64,000 nt of DNA from Ginglymostoma cirratum (lineage: Eukaryota): NCBI GenBank assembly GCA_024137785.1, contig JAHRHZ010000271.1:8113150-8177149 (forward strand). The letters are read 5' to 3'. The first letter of the stretch is position 1, and each line of letters starts with the position of its first letter. The translations under genes were made by a program, and so were the position numbers. Below, piece by piece: positions 1 through 13,650 of this stretch. The notes under the pieces are model-generated. The model was not told where the DNA came from, did no database searches, and saw only the letters and a program-made list of their open reading frames with translations.

Positions 1-700
1 GTTGGAAACAGAACACAAGGGAATAACAGAATGGAATGCATGAGTTCAAAGGATGAATTCCTAACATGTTTTTGAGGGGCTGTAAAGGCATTCAGGACAA
101 TACTGTTTCCTACTGATGGAAGGAAGAACCTGCTAGTGACATCAAGTAGCTGTGGCAAGAGGCAGTGGAGAAGGTCAGCCACAGGAGCAGGCTGTCAGGC
201 TTCTGGATTCAGCACCAAAAGTGGTTTAATGACCTGGATAGGTAGAAAGTTGACTATTATGGTATATTCATGAATGTAGCAATGTGCACCTCACACTGAG
301 TCCCTCACTCGGCTTCTCAGGCCAACTCCAGCACAGTACGCTTTGCACAAACTTATCTTTCAACTGGATCATTTCCCTCAGTTTATGCACTTCTTCAAAT
401 CCCCCTCTCAAACCCAGCACTGACCTTCACTTTTCTTTACGCAACATCATGCCTTTCATATCATCCTCAACAAATACTGTCCATCAATTTGTTCAACACA
501 TACTATTACTCTCAGTTAGACCTCTCTCTTCTCCTTTCTTGCAGGAGAGAAGAACACAGAATGCAAAGGAGAGTCAGAAGCAGAGGTGGCTCCCCCAGCT
601 ATGAAGGTGCCAGAAATCTGTGGAGTTTCAGCAGGGATGGCTGTTGGAGAGGGGCGGGGCGGGATGGGAGCTCTTCAGCTATGTGTTGTGTTCTCCAAAC
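1..700 (+). mobile_element. Degenerate PIF/Harbinger Myb/SANT-like accessory ORF remnant
   Basis: Frameshifted translation gives TILFPTDGRK and EAVEKVS...WIQHQKWFNDL, resembling the trihelix Myb/SANT motif W.QC.K.FNDL. Confidence 0.55.
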
Positions 701-959
701 AGCCACATGGCATACAACACTTGATTAATTTAACTTGATAGTAGCAGTGAGTTAAACAGGATTAACTGTGTCGTGATCAGTTAATATATGTTTACCCTGT
801 AGGACTTGGTACAAAAGGGCAATGATAACTCGTCCTCAAAAGTCACCGCACCATCACAGGATACATGCGGTTATGCACCAGCTCAGATGGTTGCATTTCC
901 ATGAGATTGGTACAGAAGATAGGTTTTCATGTCATGATCCAATAGCATAATTGGGCAAG

Positions 960-1380
960 AGCATATGACCATAACAAAACAAAGCAGGAGTAGGCCATTG
1001 GCCCCTTGAGTCTGTTGTGCCATTCAATAAGATCATGGCTGATCCAACGTTCCTTATGTCAACTTTGCTGCCATTTCTCCATAACCCTTAATTCCCCTAC
1101 TGATCAAGAATCTATCTCAGCCTTAAATATACACAAGGACCCTGCTCCCACAGCTCTCTGTGGCAAGAAATTCCAAAGACACTCAACTCACTGAAAGAAA
1201 TTCCTCCTTATCTCAGTCTTAACATGGTGCCCCTTTGCTCTCTGATCCTAGATTCTCCCATGAGGGGAAACATCCTCTCAGCATTTACTCTGTGAAGCGC
1301 CTTAAGAGTCCTATATGATTCAATGAGGTCACCTCTCATTCTTTTAATTTCAGTGAGTAGAGACCCAACCTGTTTAGCCT
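960..1380 (-). mobile_element. CR1 LINE 3' end
   Basis: ORF 1208-1480(-) contains RMRGDLIESYRTLK...RVNAERMFPLMGESR (CR1 ORF2 C-terminus), followed by the CR1 3' UTR. Confidence 0.85.
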
Positions 1381-2435
1381 TTGCTGTTGAGACAATCACG
1401 ACATATTGGGGATCACATTTCTCTGAACTGCCAGATGGTGAAGACAGGAACAGCATTGGCAAGTTCAAGTTGAGGGTCATTCGACAACTCCAAGATCTAT
1501 TCAGCTAGATTCAAATACTGAACCTTTGGGTGTCTCTGCAGAATGTCTGGAGCAGCAGCACAGAATGTATGATGTACTGACAGGTGTCGCGTCTCACCAT
1601 GTACATGCTTTCAAGGAGAATAGAGGATTCTGCCTTGGGCATGAGTGATGTGATGGCAAAGGCATTTGAGATGATGTATTTTATAATATAGATTGGTCCC
1701 CTATATGAATACCTACTCAAAAGAAGAGTTCATTTGGATATAAAATGTTTAACTCTCTTTCTCTGTCCAGAGATACTGCTAGACCTGCTGAGTTTCTCCA
1801 ACACTGTTTGTTTCAGATTTCTAGCATCTACAATATTTTGCTTTTCATCAAATATTGCATGCTGGTCGTCACTGGTGGTTTACACATTATGAATGTCACC
1901 CTAAATATGGTGCGTGAAACTCTAGCTTTGAGCGTTCAATACTCCAATAATCTCTGGCAAAGTGCCCTTCAGTTCATTACAATCAAGAAGGTGTGAATGA
2001 ACTGTAAGAAGGATGATGGTGGAAGAGAATATGGAAGTTGGAAATTTGCTCAGAGCATTTTCATTTCTTATGCCTTGCCATATATCCCCATTGCCAGCTA
2101 GTATCCTGCATGCTGCCTTTTTCCCAACCTCCAAGTCTGCCCCTTGCATAGTTTTGGATGGAACAGTCTTGAGCGGGACCCTGATAGGCCCCAGAACCCT
2201 AGGAATGTTTGGTAAGAAGTCCTAGCTGTCAGAACAGGGATCTCAATAGCTTGCCTCTACCACTGCTGAATTCACAGGGATTGGGTGAAGTAGAAGCTTT
2301 AGGAAGAGGAAGTGTAAAGGTGCTTGAGGGTGTACTCGTTGATGTACAACACAGTCTTAGAATGTTGAGAATGAGTTTAATTTTTGAAGTGTACAAATCT
2401 TTTGTTTCCACACTTTCCTGTGTTGCCCATTTTTG

Positions 2436-2576
2436 AAAACACAAGCTTTCTGAGCATTGCTCCTTCTTCAGGTGTTAAAGCTTGTGTCATCAAATAAACC
2501 TGTTGAACTATAACCTGGTGATGAGTAACTTCTGATGTTTTCCACCCCAGTCCAACACCAGCACCTCCACATCATG
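2436..2576. mobile_element. Short PLE terminal-repeat insertion, HHR family C
   Basis: 11-bp TSD gcccatttttg at 2425-2435 and 2577-2587. Minus strand 2440-2474 reads CAC-CUGAAGA-AGGAGC-AAU-GCUCA-GAAA-GCUU-GUG. Related to 10608-10784. Confidence 0.7.
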
Positions 2577-2699
2577 GCCCATTTTTGCTTACATGTTTTT
2601 ATTTGTGGAGAATGGTAATACATTAATTAATGCCGAGCAACAACAGGTCTGTAAAGGGGATGCTTGGTTGCTTGCAGGGCTGTTTTGTGATGAGAAAAT

Positions 2700-4960
2700 A
2701 GGAGGACAGAACTCCTGAGGGGAGGGAGCAAATTTTGCAAGTGGCTTTCAGATGACTGGACTGGTGGAACCTAAGTGACCCTCACGCCAATGAGACCATC
2801 TTGGGTTGGGCTCTGTTCTGCAGCTAGTTCCTTGGCTACTTCATGCTTCTCCTAGTCATCCTCCTCCCTAGTGCTCTGTTTCCAGTTTATTCTGCAAGTT
2901 CAAACCTCACTGCTGTGCGTGTTGTGCAAAGTGCAGCACACCATAACCATTCTGGAGGGCTGAGGGAGTGACTGTTGAAGGACACCTCCAAATTTGTTTA
3001 GATGCCACTATTTAAGAAGGGTGGTAAGGGAAAGCCAGAGAACTATAGACCAGTGAGCCTGACATTGGTGGTGGGCAAGTTGTTGGAGGTTGTCCTGAGG
3101 GACAGGATTTACATGTATTTGGAAAGACAAGGACTGATGAGGGACAATCAACATGGCTTTGTGTGTGAGAAATTGTGTCTCAGGAACTTGATTGAGTTTT
3201 TCAAAGAAATAATGAAGAGGATTGATGAAGACAGAGCCATGGCTGTGATCTATGTGGACTTCAGTAAGGCATTCAACAAGGTTTCTCGTGGTAGACTGGT
3301 TAGCAAGGTTGGATCACATGGAATAGAGGGAGAGCTAGCTATTTGGATACAGAACTGGCTCAAAGGGAGAAGACAGAGGGTGGTGGTGGAGGGTTGCTTT
3401 TCAAACTGGAGGCCTGTGACCAGCGGTGTGCCACAAGGATCCGTGCTGGGTTCACTGCTTTTTGTTATTCATATAGATAATTTGGATGTGAACATGGGAG
3501 GTACAGTTAGTAAGTTTGCAGATGACACCAAAATTGGAGCTGTAGTGAACAGCGATTAAAGGTTACCTCTGAGTACTACGGGATCTTGATCAGATGGGCC
3601 AGTGGGCCAAGGAGGAGTGGCAGATGGATTTTAATTTAGATAAATGTGAGGTGCTGCATTTTGGAAAGGCAAATCAGGGCAGGAGTTATACACTTAATGG
3701 TAAGGTCTTGGGGAGTGTTGCTGAACAAAAAGACCTTAAAGTGCAGGTTCATATTTCCTTGAAAGTGGAGTCGCAGGTGGATAGGGTAGTGAAGAAGGTG
3801 TTTCGTAAGCTTGCCTTTATTGGTCAGTGCGTTGAGTATAGGAGTTGGGAGGTCATGTTGTGGTTGTACAGGACATTGGTTTGGACACTTTTGGACTCCA
3901 ATGTGCAATTCTGGTCTCCTTATGGGAAAGATGTTGTGAAACTTTGAAAGAGTTCAGAAAAAATTTACAAGGATGCTGCCAGGGTTTGGACAGTTTGAGC
4001 TATAGGAACAAGCTGAATAGGCTGGGGCTATTTCCCTTGGAGAGTCAGAAACTGAGGGGTGACTTTATAGAGGTTTATAAAATCATGGGGGACATGGATA
4101 GGTAAACAACCGAGGTCTTTTCCCTGGGGTGGGGGAGTCCAAAACTAGAGAGTATGGGTTTAAGGTGAGAGGAGAAAGATATAAAAGGGAGCTAAGGGGC
4201 ACCGTTTTCATGCAGAGGGTGGTACATGTGTGAAATGAGCTGCCAGAGGAAATGGTAGAGGTGGAACAATTACAACATTTAAAAGGCATCTGGATGGGTA
4301 TAAGAATAGGAATGATTTAGAGGGATATATGGAACAAATGCTGGCAAATGGGACTAGATTAATTTAGGATATCTGGTCGGCATGGATAAGTTGGACCAAA
4401 GGGTCTATTTCCGTGCGGGACATCTGTGACTCTATCATGTGAAGCATGTGTTGATTTGCTCAATGACCTATGATGTTGTTAAATCTTGCATTATGTTGTT
4501 TCTTGGCTTTATGTGTTTAGTCACTCACTGGTGTCAACAGTCACTGTTTAATTTAGTATCAATTGTTTCTAACTAGCCAGGTACAGTTACAGCACCCTGA
4601 AGATTGCCAGTGAATTTTTTGTACATTTGTATAAATATCTCTTTTGTGGTTGCACACCAGCTGCACCTTTGATGATAATGAATATCCCTGGGTGAGCCTC
4701 AATTGCCACGTGCGTGCTGGCAATGATGACCAACATCTGTAGGAAGACAGCTTAGATCCACCTGCTCACTGGCATCAGTGTTGACAAAGTTGACTGTAAG
4801 GAACAAAAGGCAGAGAGATTTAGAGCGCTGTAAGGTTTGGTAAGCCACTGCTAAAGGATAGCCATTAAGTCAACTTGAAGCTGGTCTTATTTCTGAAGGA
4901 TGCAAGTATATTCTACCACCTGACAGAAGGCCCTAAGCCTCCTGAGGCACTGATGTTCTG
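2700..4960 (-). mobile_element. Degenerate Harbinger (HARBI1-like DDE) transposase, split by a CR1 insertion
   Basis: Minus-strand motifs: GGVLQ...SRMVMVCCTLHN near 2910-2990; LLTPV...VIEQ near 4440-4545; IASTHVAI and QLVCNHK near 4640-4735. These correspond to the HARBI1-family IDCTH, QLVCD, IE and CCxLHN motifs. Confidence 0.75.
2995..4435 (+). mobile_element. 5'-truncated CR1 LINE (RT domain and 3' UTR), pseudogenised
   Basis: ORF 3002-3559 contains NYRPVSLT, YVDFSKAF, SGVPQGSVLG and KFADDTK; downstream LRGDFIEVYKIM; tail ends in gactct. Confidence 0.95.
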
Positions 4961-5009
4961 ACTTATTAAGGAAGACACCCGTCTGTCAGCAGATGGTGCG
5001 CCAGTTATT

Positions 5010-5344
5010 AGATTCCTAGAATCCCTACTGTGTTGAAGCAGGCTATTTGGCCATCAGGTTCATATCAACCCTCCAAAGTCCAAGTCAGCTAGACCCACCC
5101 TAACCCCTGTAACCCTGCACTTCCCATAGCTAACCCACAATTCCTGGGCAATTTAGCATGGCCAATCCACCTAACCTGCAGATCTTTGGACAGTGGGAGT
5201 AAACCGGAGCACCCAGAGGAAACCCACACTGACACTGGGAGAATGTGCAAACTCCACACAGACAGTCACCCGAGGCTGGATTCGAACCGAGGTCCCCGTC
5301 ACTGTGAGGTAGCAATGCTAACCACTGAGCCACCATGCTGCCCC
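5010..5344 (-). mobile_element. HE1-type V-SINE (tRNA-derived, elasmobranch)
   Basis: Minus strand: A box TGGCTCAGTGG, B box GGTTCGAATCC, V-domain tgtgtggagtttgcacattctccc and a CR1-like tail. Confidence 0.85.
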
Positions 5345-8300
5345 ATTGTCTGTTGCGAGTCTAGATCTCTGATATCCACTGACCTGTGGAATAAACGTTT
5401 ATGAGTTGCAGGTTTTCCAGCTTCTGCAACAACTGGTGCAGTTGGTGCTGCTGGTTTTCCAGCCTTTCATGTGAGATCCAAAACAAAGCAACATAAGTGG
5501 CACCTGTGATGATCTAAAAGACCACCACCAAAGTGCACTCAGATATATAAATATCCAAAATGGTGCAAGTAACCTCAGGCCAAGTCCTGTGAACCAAATC
5601 TTTTACATAAACAGACAAGAAAGCAACTAGGAGGTTTCATTAAACATTAATATTTCACTTCATGCCTTCAGCCCCCTCAATTGCTGCTGTGTTCTTGCCT
5701 TGATTTCATTGGTGATTTATAGGAAGTTCAGAAAGCTCATACGCCTACAGTTAAATTTCACAAGCCATGTAAATATCAGAAATAACATATTAAAATTGAC
5801 AACTTGCTTCTCACTTGCACAAACCCTAATGAGCTGCAGTTAAATGTAGAAGCAGTGGGCTGAAACCTATGTGCTTTCAATTTGCTCGCCCTTGACCACA
5901 ACACCATGCTCACTCTTGACGACTCCCCCACACCCACCCATGTGCACGCGCACACATGCTGCTCTAAGTTGAGATTCTTCCTGATGCACCAAGCCAAACT
6001 AACATTCGATGTGTTAATTAGAAAATCTCCCTCATTTTTTCTTTCTCTCTCATACTTTGTCTTGAGCCTTCTTGCTCTTACACTATCTCTCCTTCTGTCA
6101 CACTGTCTCATTCTTGCTCCCACTGTCTCTCACTCCACTTATAACAGTGAAGCTAAAGCTAGATGTAATTGAGGTTTATGTAATGGCTTCTCAATTATGC
6201 AAATGTTTAACTAAATGATTGAGTCTTCTGTGAAGCAATAGTACTGTCCCAATGCCTGGGCTAGAAGTCCCTATCTGGGCTCAGTCCCACCCTATTATGT
6301 GCTGTGTCTTAAATGTCCAATCAAGATAATTTTAAAAATATTATATCGAAATAGTAAGGGTCTTGTGGTAATATCCATACCTCTGGACCAGAAGGTTTGG
6401 GTTCAAAACAAACCTCAGATGATTGCCGTGAAAGTGTGTCACGCACACAGGAGCAGGTTTTTTGTAAAAAAAAAAATTATTCTAGCCAGTTGCACTCTGG
6501 ACTTTAATGAGCACAAGACCTGCTTTCAGCCATTACCAGTGATATTGAACCTAAGAGAATATTTAGTGCAACACTGAAATGTGTAATTTATATCATTCAT
6601 TCTATCATAATGGTTCATTCCAATCTGACCTTTCTCATCAACTCTAATTTTATTGAGCTGCAAAAAATAGCTGTCAGGAAGCACTTGCATGGGTCAACAG
6701 TAACCCTAGAAATTTGTGGTCTGCTCTTATATGGAGGTCACCTCCAGTGCTCGCTGTATTTTTTAATCATTTGTGGTTCATGGGTTTGCTTCGCATACAG
6801 CGGCTGCAAAATCACATCGCATTTTATAGAGTAATTGTCTCTTTCTTTTTCAAATGTTTGACTTTTCTAGGTATTGGGAGATGTAGTCATTAGTTCTGAT
6901 GGTCAGTATTAACCTCTTGCAATGTGCAAGCTGCTTGGTAGCTGATTGGTTTAGAATTGTTGCAGTGTTAAGCTTAGAGTGTTGAGGAGGTGGCAGGTAA
7001 TCGTGTAAAGCAGATACTACATCCTGTTAATCCAAGTAGAAAACCAAGCACATGGTGAAGTGGCAACAGCTGATTGCAAAGAACATACTGTACGAATATT
7101 AGTTGTTCCCAGTGACGTTGGTTTAAAGCAAGAATACAAAGCTTAATTAACTCATTAAGTATTTCATACAAGTTCAAATGGGTATAATTACTATCTGAAA
7201 TGTTAATAAAGCTATGACTCTTGTTGATTTCCTTTACCACCTTTTGTCTTCCTAATCCCCCATTGTACTGCATTTCTGACAATGTTGTTCCTACAGTGCA
7301 AAATGTACTGAAAGGTGTGCATTTTCACAAATTTTGCCTTGAAGCAGTTTTTTGGATTTTTATTCATACTTATCCAATGAATATAAATCAAATGTTAAAG
7401 CCTGAACTGGTTCCAAAGCTAATTGCCCCCCTTGCTGTAGAAAATGCTATTTCTCTTTGCTTTGTTGTTGCACTGGACCTTGACACCAAATTTTATTTAT
7501 TTGACGTTACAGTTTTAATGTATATGCACCTTCAAGTGAGTTTTCTGTCTCTAACACTCATCAATTGACCAGAAGAGTTGAATAATATCAATGCTGTTCA
7601 AATAATATTAATTGTACTTGTCAATTTGGGCCTCCTTTCCTTTCCCCTTTCCTGTTTCAAAAGGTTTAAGCTGAGGAAAGACCTCCTTAACGTTGGAAAT
7701 GATAACTGCTGTATACGGTAATGGTTCTGAAATGGTTAATTTTGGATACTGATTTCAGCTCCTTTCTTTCTGATGATGTCATTCAATCTTAAGTATGGAA
7801 AATGGGAGAATAGCTGTATCTCAGAGGACAGATTTGTCATCTATGGATCACATGTCTTTGTAAAAATGTCTGTTTCACTAATGTAATTGTCTTTATTGTA
7901 TTATAGCAATTAGGTACAAGAACCACTTCTTAAGACTCAAGTGGTTGTTCCTCTACCACTGAACCAAATAATAAGGAAAGAGGAATAATGGCAGTATCCT
8001 TTGACCAACAAGTATCACACAAACTGAATCAGAAAGATGGCGCACAGCTTTATTACAAATGCCGACAAACATAAAATCATATTGGAACATTTTGTTATTT
8101 GCAAGGTGTTGGCTTTCAGCCAAGTTTGTATTTTTCACAATTAATGTACTTCATGTTCTTCTGTTGAAGAAGACAGACAAGGAGAATTCTTTTTGGCAGT
8201 TTTTTAAAATTAAAAAGTGATGTTAATAATGTTACTTGATCTGTAAGGGCTTAGGAGTTCACAGGACCTTTTATGGTGAGAAAAGGAAAGTGAAATTATC

Positions 8301-8984
8301 TAACTTAGATCCCTTACCTTATTTATACAGGAAAATTTGTGGCCTACTGTCAATGCCAACACAAAGACATAAGTAGAGACAGAAATTTCGTTGTTGCCTG
8401 TTTATTTAAAATTTGAATATTCTTAGATAGCACAACATAGCCCGTGGGCATTAGTCCATTGGAGGCATTACCTCCTAATGTATGCACACATTAGAAAGTA
8501 GGTCTACAAATGTAAAATCTAACCACCTCATGAAACTCTATCATTTATACTTCCTTTTAGAAGTAATGTGTTCACTGAATACAAATTGGATCTTTGAGAA
8601 TTCCTTGTGTGTTCATGAGGGCAATAGTTTGGTTCTAAAAAAACACTATTTCCATTTCAGATATCCAATATTAGAACCGAACACTCCAGTTACAATATGC
8701 ACATGATAATGTACTTTTACCCCATTCCCAATAAAAGCAGCCAGTCTGAATTGAATTCCTCTTTAGTATTCATAGCTGCCTTCCTTTAATGTGTTTCTGA
8801 CAGCAGGACTGATGTGGACTGGGATCTGCAATGAGACCATACAGTTAATGTTGAGGAAAATATTCTAACAATCTGGGCTGGTCCCACAGATAAAAGCGTT
8901 TTTCCCAATCTCTAATATTCTGTTCCTCTATTCAGGATCTGTGGACCCTGTAGGTCCATATAGACTTGCCAGAGAGCCAGAAAA

Positions 8985-10210
8985 ATTTTTCTTGTAAAAA
9001 TATGTACTTTATTTATATTTTAAAAAAGCTATCTTTAAGTACATACAAAGGGTATTAAAACTGTTCTGTACAGTCCTTGCAAAAAAAATAAGCAACACAT
9101 AGGAATTTGACATTCTCTAGAGCTCCCCACAGTTCCAAAACAAAGGCATTTTCTCCTCCTGCAGGAAACTATTTCCATTCATTTTTGAGGCACCAAGAGG
9201 GTCTGACTATTGAGTGGATTGTTGTTATGCTTTGGCAGAAAGGCCTCAGATGGTAGTCTTTCCTCATTACGCTTTTTCGGCAGCTGCCCCAAGCTTTAGT
9301 GCATCCCTCAGCACATAGCCCTGGACCTTGGAAAGTGCCAGTCTGCAACATTCTGATGAGGTCAACTCCTTGCTCTAGAAGACCAACAAGTTTCAGGCAC
9401 ACCAAAGAGTATCTTTCACAATGTTGATGGTCTTTTAGGTGTGTCAATGTTTGTCTCAGTGTGTGTCCCAGGGAGCAGACTTAGAGCACAGAGTCCTGTG
9501 TCATGGAGCTGTAAGGAACAAACCTTGACAAAAATAACTGCATCACTTTCCAGAACTTCTGAGTAAAGATATATTCCAGGAGATGCATGACCATCTCTAC
9601 CCAACCTAACTCCCCACTGCCCCGCAGTCACTTTGAGGGCAGCATGTGGTGGCACAGACTGACTGGGTGTACATGAAGGATCTCACAAGTAGTGTCCTCC
9701 TCACCATCAGCCAAGTGATGCCATTGCACTTGTTGGAAAGCTCTGGTGATGAGGCATTCTGCCAAATGACTTTGACAGCCTGCTCAGGGAAATCACCCGA
9801 TAAGATCCACCCAATCCTTTTCCTGCAGGGTCTCAGGCGTTACCTGCTGACCACTTCCTGATGGACTTGTGTAAAAGGTGCTTTTCTTTGCAAATTTCTT
9901 CACAAAGGACAGGTAATATGGAACGGTCCAACTACTTGGAGTGTTACATGGCACGAGGCCAGTCCCATCCTTCGCAACACCAGGGACAGGTAGAACCTCA
10001 GTATGTAGTGACACTTTGGTGTTTGCGTACTGAGGGTGTATGCACAGCTTGATGCAGCCACACACAAAGGTGGCCGTCTGGATGAGGGTGCTTGGAATTG
10101 TCGCCACTCTCGGGTTCACATCCTCTATTGGTTGAGACAGCGAGTGAACCACCAGGAAGAAAAGAGAATGGTAAAAAGAGGCAGGCCAACTACTATGATG
10201 ACAGCAGGGC
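8985..10210 (-). mobile_element. L1-clade Tx1-like LINE, 3' part
   Basis: ORF 9793-10284(-) has ATFVCGCIKLCIHPQYANTK...SSWTVPYYLSFVKKF, typical of the fish/shark Tx1 ORF2 C-terminal region; polyA signal and A-rich end near 8985-9015 on the minus strand. Confidence 0.75.
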
Positions 10211-10607
10211 ACTTTCAATTTGTTTTTTCTGCAGTGAGCAAATGCCATTGTAATGCTGGCTGACATAAATCTTCCATGTTGCAATGATGTAAATTCTTTG
10301 TAGCACTATAAACAATATTGAGAAATTCAGGTGGGTCTGCATAGGCCTGTAAAATATTCCAGAATGTCATATTCCTTTGAGGATTTATCACAGAATTGGA
10401 TTGGAGTCTTGTCTGTTTATGGGAAGCTTTTAAAATAAAAATAGACTCATGTTTTAACCTGTTAAACATTTAAATATGGTCCAGCTGCTGATAATACTGA
10501 TTTTTAAAAAGCTGTTTGAATTGGATGTGGTCTGTGAACTGATTAGGTATGTCTGTTAAGAGGTTCTTAACCACGTTAAGAACTATAGAGGTGGCATGCA
10601 CAAGAAT

Positions 10608-10784
10608 CATATGACACCAGGTTATAGTCCAACAGGTTTATTTGAAAACACAGCTTTCGGAGCCTCACCCCTTCTTCAGGTGTTAGTCTCTTGTATTTTC
10701 AAATAAACCTGTTGGACTATAACTTGGTGTCGTGTGATTTCTGACCTTGTACACACCAGTCCAACACTTGCACTTCCATATCAG
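10608..10784. mobile_element. Palindromic PLE terminal-repeat mini-element, HHR family C
   Basis: Inverted arms gacaccaggttatagtccaacaggtttatttgaaaa / ttttcaaataaacctgttggactataacttggtgtc; 10-bp TSD gcacaagaat at 10598-10607 and 10785-10794; CUGAAGA...GAAAGC motif on the minus strand between the arms. Confidence 0.75.
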
Positions 10785-11229
10785 GCACAAGAATGTTGTG
10801 GATTTATCTTATCTTCCTGATCTGATCACTACATCTCTTTGAAATCATCTTCAGATTGCTGCTGTAATTATTTGTTTTCTTAAAAGCATTAGGAAAGAAG
10901 TGTGGTCACATAGCACCTTCCTACTGTGAGTATCATATAGTATTAAAACTTAGTTGAGGGGTCTGTGATTATTAATCCATTTGAAAACAGGTCCTAGAAA
11001 TGAAGTTTGGAAATAATTGTCACAACACACTGTTAGTGATCAACACTGTTTTATTTAAATCAAACTGCAATGAACGTAAAATAGTTTCATGGTTGGATGA
11101 CACATGGTTGCTCAATCCATGTTCTGCAAACAACTAGCATTGCAGTTAACTTGCAATGCTCTCTTGTCATTTCTGATGTGAATGAATGTCCAAATTCCTT
11201 GTCATTACAGCTATAGAATGACTTGTGAT

Positions 11230-13650
11230 TTGCACATTTTTCTCCTGAAATGTTTCAAGGATGGGATCTTTGAATGGTCGGAGTGACGTGGAAATCTGAG
11301 AGAATCGTGTTAAGAAGTCCAACAAGGCTGTTCTCGACATTGGAAGCAACAAGTTGCATTTTCCAGCAGAGTTTAGGTTATGACATGAGATTCTTGTAAG
11401 AATCTTGCAAGAATCGTGCCTATTTATCTATTAACAGGGATTATTGCTTGTTATCACCTCATTAAGATGCAGTTTCCTAACTAGCCAACCGCTGCAGGGA
11501 AATGCCAAGAATTCTTGATGTAGAAATCGGAGTAGGTACCTGAAAACTTCAGCTCACCCCTTGCTTGTCCAGCCTTCCATTTTGGACCCTCAGCACCAAA
11601 TCTACAGGACATGCTCCAGGGCATTGACCACATGCACTGCATAGCCAGACATGCTGGCAGCTGAAAACTGTCAGCCTCTCAAAATACCTCATGACTCATC
11701 TCCGAAGCATTTCATGTATACTTCTGCACTTTAAAGCAGTACCTTGATGCACCCCAGCAACTAACATTTAACAACTGCTACATGGACACTTTCCACAGGT
11801 GGGCAGGGCACCCAGTTCATCTGTTGAACCAGACTCCATCTCAGAGCTACTCACTTCTCTCTTTGAACCCAGACACCTGGTGCTTATCTGCATGTTCACT
11901 GCATCCCTACATCGGCTTACCATGCCTTTAGCTTGTCATGCCTTTAGCACCTTGGCACCTCGGCACCTCGGTCAAAGCCTAGACGCACACAGTACCAAGA
12001 TTCAACTTGGTGTTTAGCACAGAAATAGAACCAAGCAGCTTGTTATACTAGTCATTAGTGCAGGTCACACAGGGCCTTGGCGTTCAGTAGGCTGAGAGAT
12101 GAGTCCTCATACAGTCCAGGGATCTGGGTAGTCTATCATCTGTTTGGCTCACTAATGGTCAGGGGCTCCATTGGATTGTGGTCCAGGTAGTCAGGGGAAT
12201 CCCATAGCAACAGTCAGGGAGCTATGACAATGGTTTGGGGTCTGATCAGTCACTACCTGGAAATTTCAGTTGGTCCTAACATTGGGGTTGGGAAGTTGCA
12301 GTGGAATGGGTGCTCTGTGATAGAAGCGGGCACATTCAATGTTGGAGGCAGAAGCATAGTTTGAGGAGGGCACAAGTATGATGATGAGATGAAACTCAGG
12401 TATAATGACAGGATCCCATAGAGAATGGATGGACATGGAAGGCTGTGGGAGGGGCTTGTTAAATGCAGTAACCACCCCCACATGTCTCCACAGAGGGCAC
12501 ATTCAGCATTATGGTGGGTATCATTAAATTACCCTGCGGGGGCTCAGGACAAAGAGGAACATTGGAGATGAAGTACAGTGTGGTGGGTTGCCACATAGAC
12601 TGGATCAATGGAAATAGGCTGACTGGATACAATATGGTAAAACAGGACATGGAGTCTCTGGAGCAATTGGGCAAGAACTGACCAAAACAAATGTGGTGTG
12701 AGGGCATCCACCACAAGTTGAGTTCCCTGCCATCACTTTCCAATTGTTTTGGGGCAACCTGCAATTGGAAAATGCCTAGGACTCCACCCAGCCAAAAGTT
12801 TGTGTGTTTCACTTCTGCTCAATGGGAGCCATTGAAGGGGCGAAAGCATCAATCATATACTTGCAGACTGCAGCTTCATATCTTCAATTATAACGTGCAT
12901 GTGAAATATATGCAGCGTACAAATATTTGGGGTGCAGTACTGGACACAAGCTATGTTCACTATATCATTGGTCCTTATGTATTGCACAAAGACATCTCAA
13001 TGACGTAGAATTTACCACAACAACTTTGAAAGAGATGGATGTGGGCCATAGCTGACACAGTTCAAAGGATATTGCAGGACACTGAACTGAATCCTTTTCA
13101 CAGCTGCCCTGTATTATGATATGTGCTATTGAATCCAAAGATAGCATTCATAGTTGATGTGAAGATGGATGGGAACGGTTTGTCACACATGGTGTATTCT
13201 CCACTGCTGTGTGTTTGTCCCTCAGCTGATGGAGCTCCTTTATCAAGCATGCACCTATCTCAAAGAGCCGTGTTAATTCAATATGTATCCTCCTTGTCAG
13301 GGCACTGCAGGTCTCGCTGTGTAGTGGACTGTGTGCAGTTGTCATCTGTACAGTATACCAGCAGTCACTCTTCTCCAAGGTTAGAACCTGTTCCCAACAC
13401 AGGTCATTGCCAGCAAGGGTGATGGACCCAGCTTCAGGCGGGATGCTCATTGTAATGGCTACCCAGCTAAGAAGGTGGATGCAGATGGAGGAGGAGAGGC
13501 AACAGCAGCAGCAAGCTGCCATGGAGGGTAAAACGCCTGCGGGTAAAGAGACCCCTCAGGAGCTTCAGCGGCACAGGAGTGTTAGAATATCTTATCCTCA
13601 AAACTATTTACTGGGGATGAGCAAAGCAACAATATGTTTTTGAACCAACA
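11230..13650. mobile_element. Old Harbinger-like DNA transposon remnant (probably resumes ~16800-17400 after the CR1)
   Basis: ORF 13407-13643 (QQQQQ...RISYPQNYLLGMSKATIC) resembles the Harbinger transposase N-terminus. Boundaries uncertain. Confidence 0.4.

Noticed and set aside
3002-3947. RT ORF as a retron, DGR or domesticated gene
   Set aside because: Ordinary 5'-truncated CR1 ORF2 with stops and frameshifts.
5270-5344. tRNA gene (also 52990-53080)
   Set aside because: The A and B boxes belong to SINE heads that continue into SINE bodies; no cloverleaf with terminator.
5776-6172. Overlapping ORFs in a CT/CA-rich tract
   Set aside because: Low-complexity sequence with no recognisable protein similarity.
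13407-13643. PolyQ-containing host protein
   Set aside because: Looks like a decayed Harbinger transposase N-terminus cut by CR1; no exon structure.
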